Below, piece by piece: positions 1 through 10,710 of a DNA stretch of 64,000 nt. A program made the translations under genes and the position numbers. Below the pieces are notes generated by a model, which worked only from the letters and a program-made list of their open reading frames with translations, was not told the origin of the DNA and did not search any database. This stretch comes from Gnetum montanum (lineage: Eukaryota > Plantae > Gnetophyta): contig MNCI01003452.1 of the NCBI GenBank assembly GCA_015680685.1, forward strand, positions 185,142-249,141. Direction: 5' to 3'. The first letter of the stretch is position 1. Every line of letters starts with the position of its first letter.

Positions 1-1482
1 TATGGGATACTTCATTTAAAACTGTCCCTTTATTTTTGTTTTTCTTGATCACTAAGGTTATTACCTGACTACTGTACCTAATTTTCCAATGAATTGGAAA
101 GCAAGTTGCTTATCTATATGTTGCAAAACCTTACACTTTCTGTATCTTCTGGATTTATGCTTTCTTTGCCTTGTTGTCAATTGGACTTTATGACCTGGTG
201 ATTAAGTGGTAAAAATTTCAGCTTGTTGAACATGTTATGAGTTAAATTCCAACCATAGACATAGTATTCTTTAAAAATACAAGCAAAAATCTCTGTTTTC
301 TAGCAAAATACCTGATCGTGCTTCTCTTATGCACAGCACAATAAGATATTGAAACATTATTCATTTATTTGTATTTTTTGCATTATTTTTTTCTTTTCAT
401 TTTAAAGATTGGTTCTTCTCTAACTTTTCTTGATTTTATGTCATTATTGTTCAACGTCTTTTAGCTTCATTCTTGTTTAAAAGAATTTTGAAAACAATGG
501 AAATGGTTTAAAGTCATAGTTTGTTGCTTTTGTTGTCCAGTCTTTGATTTGCCAGCCTGGCTTTTCTTGGGAGGTTGTTGGTTATACTTGTTTCAATGAA
601 ACAGAGATTCTAATATCAAACAGTTATAAAAAAGGTTCAACACCCTCTGCAAAAGGGGAAGAAAGAAAAACCAAACAATCATTAAATCTTAACCTAAAAT
701 AATTTACAAGACTTTAAAGTTGGCATGTATTATTCTATATTCATCAGGTAAATTATTCCTCTTTTCCCATTGCTTGGAAGATTTAAGCATTCTTACTGAC
801 AAATCATTATATGCCTTGATTGGACACATTTGTAACAGATCATTTTGTTACAGGTTCTTTTCTGTTATGTTTGTTCTGGAAAAACGTTTTTATGTTATTT
901 CTTGAAATCACTGAGAGTCAGACTGGAAACATCGTTTATCTTATTTATCATTTTCGTTTACTATATTGTATAAGATAGCTTCAAGGTGAGTCTGAAAGAA
1001 CAAGTACATTTAATCCAGGTAAAACACTTGAGAACAATACCTGTTTCCTCATGTCCTTTTACAGAGTCTGTTTGAAAAAGAATGGAATATAGTCATTAAT
1101 GATTTGTGCATTTTTACAAATTACTGCGTTGGCCTTGGGCCATTACATTGAGGAAAATTTCAAATTAATTCAATGGTATAATTGATCCTGGGTTCTTTGA
1201 TTACGTGCAACATCAAATTTAGTATCAGGTTCAATTCTAAAAACTATTCAATAAATTTACGAAGGCTGCATTGTCCTTTTTACATAAGTTTAGCTGTAAG
1301 CCTTAAATATAGAGCTTACAGACACTTTTTTCTTCTTATTTTAAGCCCACAAATTGTGTAACAAATTTAAAGAAAGCTTTTATATATTTTTACAAAAAAA
1401 AAAACAGTATTAGGATGAGTTTTCTATGTTTTCTGTACTTAAAAATATAGTAAAATATTTTCTATTATGCATATTTTTGCAG

Positions 1483-1593
1483 GTGTCATTATCTGTGATC
1501 CTTACTGCTGTTGGGGTACTAATTGCAGCTTTAGGAGATTTCTCATTTGACCTTCTTGGATACTGCTTAGCTCTTATCTCTGTATTTTTTCAG
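1483..1593 (+). CDS. UTR7: Internal exon of a nucleotide-sugar transporter (UDP-galactose/UDP-glucose transporter 7-like); upstream exons lie outside the window
   Basis: tttttgcAG acceptor (1481-1482) and CAG|GT donor (1594-1595). 111 nt, phase 0, encodes VSLSVILTAVGVLIAALGDFSFDLLGYCLALISVFFQ, a motif I recognise from plant UTR7-type transporters. Confidence 0.9.
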
Positions 1594-1799
1594 GTGCTTT
1601 ATTTGTTGTCAATTCCAAGCAGATTTATTGGAAAACTTGTCATTAATAACTAATGATTGATGATTAAATTGATGAGGTAGTATCGTAAGCATTGTATATG
1701 CACATATAGTATTCTAGGTAACTGATAGGAAACGCTTTTTCTTCCTGGAATATGACCAATTTGGACTTCTATTAGGCTAATAATTTTTTTTTATGGTAG

Positions 1800-1958
1800 A
1801 CTGCATACTTGGTCCTGGTTGAAAGATCAGCTGCAGAAGATGGACTATCCTCTATTGAGCTGATGCATTATAATGCTATTCTTTCAATTCCATTTTTAGC
1901 CTTTCTCCTCATCATTATGGGTGAATTTTCAGTTGCAACTTCCTTACTTCTACATAAG
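1800..1958 (+). CDS. UTR7: Next exon of the UTR7-like transporter
   Basis: AG at 1798-1799 after a T tract, AAG|GT donor at 1959. 159 nt, encodes TAYLVLVERSAAEDGLSSIELMHYNAILSIPFLAFLLIIMGEFSVATSLLLHK. Confidence 0.9.
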
Positions 1959-2399
1959 GTAATTTCTTTCCTCAAAACCGTAAGCGCCAAGGTTTTTAAT
2001 TTTTTTATTTCGAGATGGTATTCATTTATACATGTTATTTTTGGCAAAGTTTATTATTTCCTAAAGTTGCGAAAAATACTAACCAACTTGGGTCATTGAG
2101 GGCCTGACATTTATTATAGTTTTTTTTAAAAAATATTTTGATATTTGGGTTGGTTAGATCATAGACATTGTATATGCTACAAAGACTGCTCTATCTTTAG
2201 TTCATATACTTAATCTAGTACTTGGATAATTTGTAAAATACTGCTGTAACATCATAATTAAAGTTAACAAGATTATTACTCTAGGTTAGCTTCTGATTAT
2301 AATGCGATATTTCAATTAGTTGAAGTTATAATTTTTTAAAATGTAGATTTCTTGTTTTGTATATAAAGCATTCTGAATAGTTATTGACATTATATTTAA

Positions 2400-3350
2400 G
2401 TTTCTTGAGTGCTAACCCACCCCGTTTCTTGAAGTTTCTTATAGAGGTTCACACCAATTGTCTCTTTCTAAAGTAAGAGTTTTAGGAACCACACTGTATC
2501 CTAGAACCTAACTTTTGTGAAATAAGTGTTAAATTTGTATCCTTCCTAAATATCCACGTGATTATGGCAGCTTTTTCTAAGAGTTAACTAACGCATCAAT
2601 GCAATGTATGTGTGACTTTTTCACAAATTTTGAATTTTAATTTAACAGGCCCTTTTTTCCTTTCCATGTAACTTGTCAGCTTCTGATTAAATTCTTAAAT
2701 TCTTATTTTCAATCCTGTATTTTGGAGAGAAGCACATGCTTTAGACCCTCATAGTTGAGGAAAAAGCCTTATCCTTCCACGCAAGAAGGATGACACCCCC
2801 AACCTCTCCATTGGTATTTACTTATCCATTTATCAGAAATTTCTTATAAGATTTGTTTCTAGCTTTGTTTCCTTGGACATTAAGGATTATTACCTCTTTT
2901 TGTTAAAATTCTTTTTCCATAGATTACTTGTTTCAAATCTTCAACTCCTTGTTTCTTATTTGCATCTTTAATGTCTTCATAGAATAATGTTTTCTGACAT
3001 ATTAAATACGTTAGACCATATCATTAGATAAGTTAATTACATAAGCATTATTATTCATATTCCAAGTTACTTCAACTGGATCAATTCTTCTAGCCTTCAG
3101 CTTACTATGCAATTGATTTCCAATTCTTTTTTTATTTGTATGAATCCACACATATTGTGCAACATTAAAAGTTTTAAAGTTATTTCGTCTATTAGCAAGG
3201 TCGGTATATCCTTGACAATGATTAGCTAATATCCTTTTAACTTGAGTATGTAGACCTTGTATTATTGCACAAATTCCTTAGATAATGCAGCACAATTTAT
3301 GACGTCTCTTGGCTTGATTGGTCATTCAAGCAGCAAAATGATAGTTCACT
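2400..3350 (-). mobile_element. Highly decayed L1-like ORF2 remnant (boundaries approximate)
   Basis: Minus-strand peptide fragments in L1 order: ILAN (~3230), LAWKDKAFS (~2770), KKRGGLALKKL (~2410). Many stops and frameshifts. Confidence 0.3.
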
Positions 3351-4581
3351 TCAAAATGGTGTTTCCCAATGCTTCTGTGTATTGAATTATTATATGAATT
3401 ATTCAGCATAATCAATAAGTTTCTCCTACATTAAGGTTTCCATAACAACGACACCTAAGAACATTACCTATCATTTTATTTACATTTGCAATTTGACTGG
3501 CTATTTATAGATTAAATGTAATACTAAAATTAAGCTTATTGCCCCACAACTTCCATAATGAATATCATAAATGACTTGTATACATTGAATTCCTATTGCT
3601 AACAATGCATAAAAGGTGGTCATACTACCTTACTATCTCATTTTAAAATAAACTTACAACTTGCAATGCATTATTAGTCTTTAATCTTTATGCAAGGAAT
3701 TAAGTGGATTTCAAGTTATTAGCAATCTCAACATGTTACATTTTAAATATTTCAGTGTATAAATGTCTAACTGTGTTAGTGGTTTACTTCAAATAACTAC
3801 AATTGTTAGTTATTAACAATAAGTCATGACTTATGATTGAAGACTACCCTTCCTATGAAAGTATAAAGGAGAGGAACAGCCAATGAGTGTGCATGGTGTG
3901 AAGATCAAAAGGAAAATTTGTGATAACCAACCGTGGTGTTCAGTTCTTTCTTATATCTACTATTGAGTGTTCTTTTGAGTATTTACACTTTTAATTATTA
4001 TGGATTTGTGTTCACAATGCTTTGACATGTTTAGCTACTCATACATTGCACGTTGCTGTTCATATCTATTGGTCATGGCATGTAAATGCTATGGCGGCCA
4101 GATTCATAACTACTGTTGTTTAATTTCTCAACGACTAAAATAATGTTTTACTTGGTAAAGTTGCAAATACAAAACAATTTGGTTTGTTCATTTTTATGGA
4201 TCTCAACTCTTCACATGGTAACAAAGTACGATTGGTAGTTTGGTTAATCACTATCTTTTACTGTAGAGCATGGGAGAATTTTATTATTTATGGGTTAGAG
4301 TTGAAGTTTTGTCAGCACATTTAATGCACATAGTAAAAAAGCTGATAACACTAATTTTTACCATAATAAGCTAGCACAACATTGTTTTAGTCATTTTTAG
4401 CACCTGTAAATTGCAATCTTGTTGCACTTCTGCAACCTGGAAATGTTGGTGTTGAAGTGCAGGGTTTGGTGGGCCTTCAATCTCTTTGCGTTTGAAATAG
4501 ACTTGGACCTTTGGAAGCTTTCTTGTTTATTCAATCTACAATCTGTTTGTGGTAAGGGCGCACCCCCACCAAGTTACTTCC

Positions 4582-6200
4582 ATGATTGGTTCAGCTCTAA
4601 ATCAGGTGCACAGGCAGCAGCAGGCGCAACAACAACAATGGCAGCAGCAAGCGCAGCAATAGCAGGAGCAATAGCAGCAGCAACAACAGCAGGAGTAGCA
4701 ACAACAGCAGCAGGAGCAACAACAGGCGTAGCAACCATAGTAACCATAGCTGTTGGGGATGGCCTTGATGGGTTGGGGGCTGAGAAACCTGTGGGACCGG
4801 TGCCTAGGGGCATCATCGAGGCCCACTCCCGCAGTGACCACACCCTGCGGTTGTGGGTTCACCATCCCCCCTCTGACGTCGTCTGCACTATGCAGAGAAG
4901 CCTCATTGGCCGTTTCATCTCTCGAGGGGCCCGCCTGCGGCTGGACCTTGTTCGTCGGTGGGCGAAGGAATAATGGAAGGTGGGTGATGTCGATGTTCGT
5001 AGCCTTTCCGAGGACCTGCTCCTCTTTATCTTGCCATCCCTGCAGGCCAGGGATTTTGTGTTGCTCTGAGGCCTGTGGTTCTATGGGGCTCGAGGGCTCG
5101 CCCTGACCCCATGGTGCCCCGGGGCCCACCGAGAGGCCGACTTGTTTACCCGGGCCCCGGTCTGGGTGCGGGTGGCTAGCATTCCTTGGGAACTTTGGAA
5201 CCTTGAGTTCTTGATGGAGGTTGCGGGGTTTTTTGGTGACTTCATTGCCTTCGACTGCGTCACACGGTCGATGGAGAGAATGGGTTTCGCCCGCTTCTAC
5301 GTCTGGCGCAGTTTGTCGGAGATGGACCTTGTCTGGGTGATAGTGCTGGAGCTCCTTGGGGGGGGGGGGAGGAAATCCTCCAAGTCACTTTTGAGAACCT
5401 TGGAGTGGATCTTCCCCCAACGTGTGGCATGGAAAGCCAGGCGGGCAGGCTTGACGGTTGTGGGTGTTGCGGGAAACCTAGACACCTAGAAGCAGAATGT
5501 CGATTCTGCAAGACACAGCCGAGAGACCCGGCCAGACAGCTGTTCGAAGGGGGCAACTAGGTCACCATGGGACGCAAAGGACGGTTGCGTCCCCTGTTCG
5601 ACCAACGCCCCTCCCGAAGTAACCCCCCCACCCCACCCCCCCCCCCCCCCAACCCGGGCAGCCCCCTTGCCAGGAAAAGCCAACCCCCTCCACCCGCACA
5701 GCCCCTCCCACACAACAGCCAAACACCCCCTCGCCCCTCCCCCCTTGGCCCCCTCCCCCCGACCCCCCAGTCCAATCTCCCTCCCCCCCACTACCCCATT
5801 GAAGCCCCCCCACTGACCCCCCCTCCCAGGCCACCCGCGCCCCCCTCCCCCCCCGTTACCCAGTTTTCCCCAGCCAAGCCAACCCCCCCACCCACAACCA
5901 ACCCACACCCCCCACGTGGCCCCTCGGTCATCCACAGCCTAGCTGAACACCACGGAACTGAGACCCGAGCTCCCCCGTTTGGGGGAATGGGTTAACATGG
6001 TTTGGGGGAGCACCCGAACTCGACAATGCTAGGCATAGGAGTCCCCCGTCGAGGAGGCTGGTTGCAGCCCAATAGTCTGGGATGACAAGGGCTACCCTAG
6101 ACGACCGAGTGAGACTAGATCCAGAAGCAAACAAGCCCACCAGAATATCGACTTGGGGCAACAACAGACCCTTCGGGAGGTCTACCAACACCACACCTTT
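4582..6200 (+). pseudogene. LINE-A ORF1 (Gln-rich N-terminus, DUF4283-type RNA-binding region, Pro-rich region); end approximate
   Basis: ATG at 4582 opens a poly-Q frame. SLIGRF...VRRWAKE*WKV and APVWVRVASIPWELWNLEFLMEVAGFFG...FARFYV are typical of plant L1 ORF1. Frameshifts, some at homopolymer runs. Confidence 0.8.
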
Positions 6201-6208
6201 GGTCACAC

Positions 6209-9200
6209 ATGAAGGTTTTCAGCTGGAATTGCAGGGGACAGGGTACCCCCTATAAAAGAAATACCATGTGCCGTATTGTTAAAGAGGAAGACTGTGATAT
6301 CGTTTGCCTCCAGGAGACCAAGCTGCAAGCAATGGAATCATACCTTCTCCAATGGGAAGGTTGGGTTACCCAGATGCACCCCTACCAGGGCAGGGCCGAG
6401 GACCTTGCCATGTTGGCACGATATGCCATGCAACTGGTAGACACTTCACAGTGGGCCATCACCATCCAGATTCCCACTCAAGGAATTTGGCTGACCAACT
6501 TCTACGGGGCACAAGCATGGGAGCTGAGGCTGCAGGAGCTGAACCGGGTGGTGATGTTGGTGCCAGACCACCATTCCTGGATGGTGGTGGGCGACTTCAA
6601 CTAGCGCTTGCACCCTTGGGAGAAGTCTAGGGGAGCTGCCCCCTGCCTCCGGGTGCACAGGCTTTCCAGGACTCCCTGGCAACTCACTCCTTGGTGGACT
6701 TACCCATTGAGAATTGCCAGTTCACTTGGAGCAACTGACGAAAAGGATCGGATTGTATCCTCTCCTGCATCGATCGGGTCTGTGTCAGCTCCGACCTCCT
6801 CCTTCGCTCCACCGTGCACGTGACGGGGCAGGAAAGAGTCACCTCCAATCACCGCTCGCTGGTCTGTTCGCTCGGATCGGATAAGCCCTGGGCCCCATGC
6901 CCCTTCTGTTTCGAGGCACATGGCTTTCCAAACTGTGGCTGCGGCCTTTGGTTGAGGATATCTGGGCTGATTATCGACTTGATCGTGATGACCCCCGAAA
7001 TTTCCTCAAAGAGGCCATGCTTCGTCTAAAGTGGGCCATCTGGGCCCTCCCGGTGGAGGAGAAATTTTCCTTCGGATCTGGTCAAAAGGTGGTTTGGGAT
7101 CAGCTCGGTCAACTCCAGGCTCGACAAGAGGCTAGGGAGGACTTGCATCTGGAGGAGCTGCGTCTCCTACGTCAACTCCAGAATCTTGACCTGGAGGAGG
7201 AAACATACTGGCGACAGCGTTGCTGGGTCAGATGGCTTCAGGAAGGGGACAGACAGACAAAATTCTTCTTTGCCATGGCCAAAACTCGAGGTGGGAGCCA
7301 ACCTCGTTGCTTGCGAACCCAGACAGGCGAAGTTATCGACGACCCGCAGGGGATCGCCAATGAGATGTCTCACAATACTGGGAGAAAATTTGGACCAAGC
7401 GGCCTACTTAGCCCATCTCGGTCCACGTGGAGAGGATGCTACACGAAGGAGGCAACAAGTGGCTGATGGCCCCCTTCTCTTGGCTGGAACTCACCACCAC
7501 TATCAACAACATGCCGGGAGAGAAAGCGCCTGGACCTGACAGATGGTCCCTTGAATTCTTCAAGAGTTTTTTGGATATTGTGGAGCCCAATATCTTGGAT
7601 GCGTTCAACCTCATGTTAGCCAGGAGACAAGTGCGGCGAGAAATCAACTGCTCTCGAATTGTGTGCATACCCAAGCAGATTGACACACACCGCCTGGAGC
7701 ACTTTCGTCCCATTGGAGTTTGCAACGTCCTCATCTGGATTTTCTTCAAGCTCCTGGTCAACCAACTCGGGCCTCTTTTGCCCAAGCTGGTGGGAATCAA
7801 TCAGGCTGGCTTTGTGCAGGGTAGGACCCTTCAGGATCAGGTTCTCCTCCTGCAGGAGGTGCTGCACTCCCTCCGGACTACGAGCTTCCCCGACCTATGT
7901 CTCAAGCTTGATATAGCTAAGGCATATGATACGCTTAGTTGGGAAGACTTGCAAGCCATTATGCATCAAAAAAGGTTTGACCAAAGTTTCATCCAACTTT
8001 GTATACACATCCAATCCTTCGCTGGTTTGTCGTTCAATGTGGGGGGGGGGGGGGGGGGGGGGGGNTCCCTTGGCAGGGGTTTGAGATAGGGTGACCCGCT
8101 TTCGCCCTTGCTCTTCATCATTGCTATGGACCTCATGCAGCATTATTGTAGCACGTTCGGGGTGGAGGGCTTGGACATCGTTGGGGTGGCCTGCCGGGCC
8201 GAACACTACGCTAATGACACCATGCTGCTCAGCCGGGCAGCGGCCCCACAAGCACGCTATATTAACACAGCCCTGACCCGACTGGCAGAGGAATTGGGAT
8301 TAGAAATTAACTGCACCAAATCTGCGGTGCATTTTATCAATGTTGATGCGCAAGTAAAAGGCAGGGTGGTGCAAATCCTAGATATCCAGCCTCGGACAAC
8401 TAAAGACACATACATGGGCATACCGCTGTACCAATGGGGCCGAAACAATTCGTGGGGGCCACTCCTGGCAAAGGTTGAAAGGCGGATGAACCATTGGGCC
8501 AATCGCTTCCTAACTCGCAAGGGCCATCTCCTCGTGGCAACCGGGATTCTCATGGCTATCACACAATTTGTGGCGGCCGTTGCCGCCCCCCCCCCTCCCA
8601 AATGCCATCATCCACTAGATTAACAAGATGGTCCGAAGCTTTGTTTGGGGGGGGGGGGGCAGGGGGGCAAGCTCCACCTCGTTAATTGGACCTGCATCAT
8701 GCGCCCCCATAAGGTAGGGGGGCTGGGCATTACGTCCTTCGAGGACGAAATCATGTTACGGCAACAACGGCTCCTGCACCGCCTAACGTGCCCACATGGG
8801 GAACCTAGTCAGTGGGCCCGAATCATCAATGAAAAGTACATGCAGTGGGAGGCTGGGATGCATGCCTCATGGCCTTGGCAGATGCTCTACCAGCACGCAT
8901 GAATGATGCTGACCCAGGGTTGGTTGGACCTTGAGCTGCATGCCCTGCTGTCAGCGAAATATCCATCAGAGAATGGCTGGCAACGGATTTGGTGCGGGTG
9001 GCTCCTTGAAAAAATAAAAATCTTTTTATGGTTGGTACGGTCTGACGCCCTCCCTGTGCGTGCCATTTTGTGCAGGCGCGACATCATGCAGGACGACACC
9101 TGTCCTTGCTGTGGCACCATGCCCGAGACGATTGAACACTTTGCTTATGACTGTGGCTATATGCGCACCACTTGGCGAGAGGTAGTGGTGCCGCCCACCC

Positions 9201-9321
9201 CCCTCCCCCCCCGGGCCGATGCAGCTGACAAGCGACTCTTGGGCATCGATGCTTTATGGGTGGCGTGGCTTGGAAGGTGTGCAACCGCATAGTGTTCCAT
9301 CAAGACAGGCTCCCCCCTTAG
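6209..9321 (+). pseudogene. LINE-A ORF2: AP endonuclease, reverse transcriptase, zf-RVT
   Basis: EN: MKVFSWNCRGQG, CLQETKL, VVGDFN, SNHRSL. RT: KAPGPD, FRPIG, NQAGFVQGR, KLDIAKAYD, GLR*GDPLSP, YAND(YADD). Then KVGGLGI, KIKIFLW...CPCC...ETIEHF..C and WKVCNRIVF. Confidence 0.95.
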
Positions 9322-9369
9322 CGGCTAATTGCTCAAACCTGTCGTGCGTGGAACGAAATCAGAGTGGCC

Positions 9370-10710
9370 ATGGGTGTAACGTCGACGTTTGAGCTTGACT
9401 GCGTCGCCTTCTGGGAAGATGAGGAGCTCTGGCGGCTAGTTACCCGGTGCGGTTGGTCTGCGACCTGGATCTGGCAGATGACGCGTTTTTCACTAATTGG
9501 GACGGTGACAGGACCATCTTTCGAGGACGCGAGATTCGCGTTACCGAATCTACTATCGCCAGCTGTTTGGGGACCCAGGCCGTTGGGGAAGTCATTCTGC
9601 CTACCACCTGTGGCCTATAGGATGCTGAGCTCTTTTTTGATGGACCCGTGTCACGAACGCAAAGTCAACAGGTTTCCAGATCTTCCCTCCCCCGTCTTTG
9701 GGCCCAAGCAGCTGATCTAGTGGACTGTTTTTTCGTCTAGTCTGGCAACGGGTACAAACTTCAGGGTTTACATTTTGTCTTCATGCGTTGTTTGAAGTTA
9801 GGCCTCCAGATTAACCTCCCGCGTTTTTTCTTGGAGGTTCTCCTTCTTAAACGACGCGACCGACATTCGGGGTTGATCCTGGCTCAGTGGAGGGGGGCCT
9901 AGGGGGCGCTAGGCCTGTCGTCTTCTACCCCCCGCGGGGGGTCACCCCTGCTTGCTCCCCTGCTGCCCCCCGACCCCTCGACCTCTCCCAGCCGAGGGAC
10001 TCGCTGGACTCTGCTAGCGACCACCTTCGCGTGGGGACGTCGCTCCCAGCAAGGCCCGTGCCTCCCTGCTAGTCTTATCAGGACGGCTTCCCCCTTGCCA
10101 GACCCCCCCAGCGATCGCTCCAACTGGGTTGAAGAGCTGCAACAAGCCGAACAACGAGCCGCTACCGTTGCACGGGAGGCGGAGCGGCAGGAGTGGGAGG
10201 TCAAGTGGTACGAGACCCTTGCCCAGTCTCGGGTTGACATGGAAGCCCAATTCCACGAGTGGGAATAGGAGCAGATGAGACAACATGAGCTAATGGCAGA
10301 GGTTGCTCGGGCCCAACTCATTGACGAGATCTGGGCCCAGGTGCAGGAGGAGTTGAGACAGGAGGACACAGCTCGTAGAGCTCAAGAGGAGGCAGAGAGG
10401 GCAGAGCATGAATGCTTACAGGAGGAGGAGCAGAGACAAAGATAGCTTGACCAGGCACACGAGCACAATGCCTGACAGTGGCTTAGGGGGTCGATGGCCG
10501 TGCCTCATCCTGGGCATCAGCTGTGAGAGCTCCTGGGGGGAGCTCCGAAGACATATTCGGCGAACCTCAGCGCGTTTCCGTTCGGACGCGGGGGATTCAC
10601 CGGCGGACCGAAGCAGGCGGAAGTCCGCTATGCAGGGTATCCAACAGGCGGCAAACTTCATGGACACCGAGGAGCATCGCAACACCTTGGACTTGCTCCA
10701 TGAGCTTTAA
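9370..10710 (+). pseudogene. LINE-A 3' extension (ORF2 tail or ORF3): Athila-accessory/PF20167-like domain, Pro-rich linker, coiled coil, J-domain-like C-terminus
   Basis: Reconstructed across frameshifts: MGVTSTF...LWRLVTRCGW; FFTNWDGDRTIFRGREIRVTESTIASCLG; LHFVFMRCLKLGLQINLPRFFLEVL; E/Q/R-rich helix at ~10110-10475; PCLILGIS..ELRR..RFRSD..MQGIQQA..RNTLD. Confidence 0.75.

Noticed and set aside
1426-2099. ORF-track ORFs 1426..1653 and 1809..2099 (and 39194..39580) as stand-alone genes
   Set aside because: They are exons with read-through into intron sequence; splice sites define the real boundaries.
8040-8066. Long G run containing an N inside RT as a programmed frameshift or G-quadruplex signal
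   Set aside because: Homopolymer length is unreliable here (ambiguous base); likely slippage or an assembly artefact.
9621-9650. DAELFFDG as the start of an L1 RNase H (KLNFDGS-like)
   Set aside because: The downstream RNase H catalytic motifs (E, DS, N..AD.LA) are absent, and the flanking residues align instead with the LINE-B tail domain.
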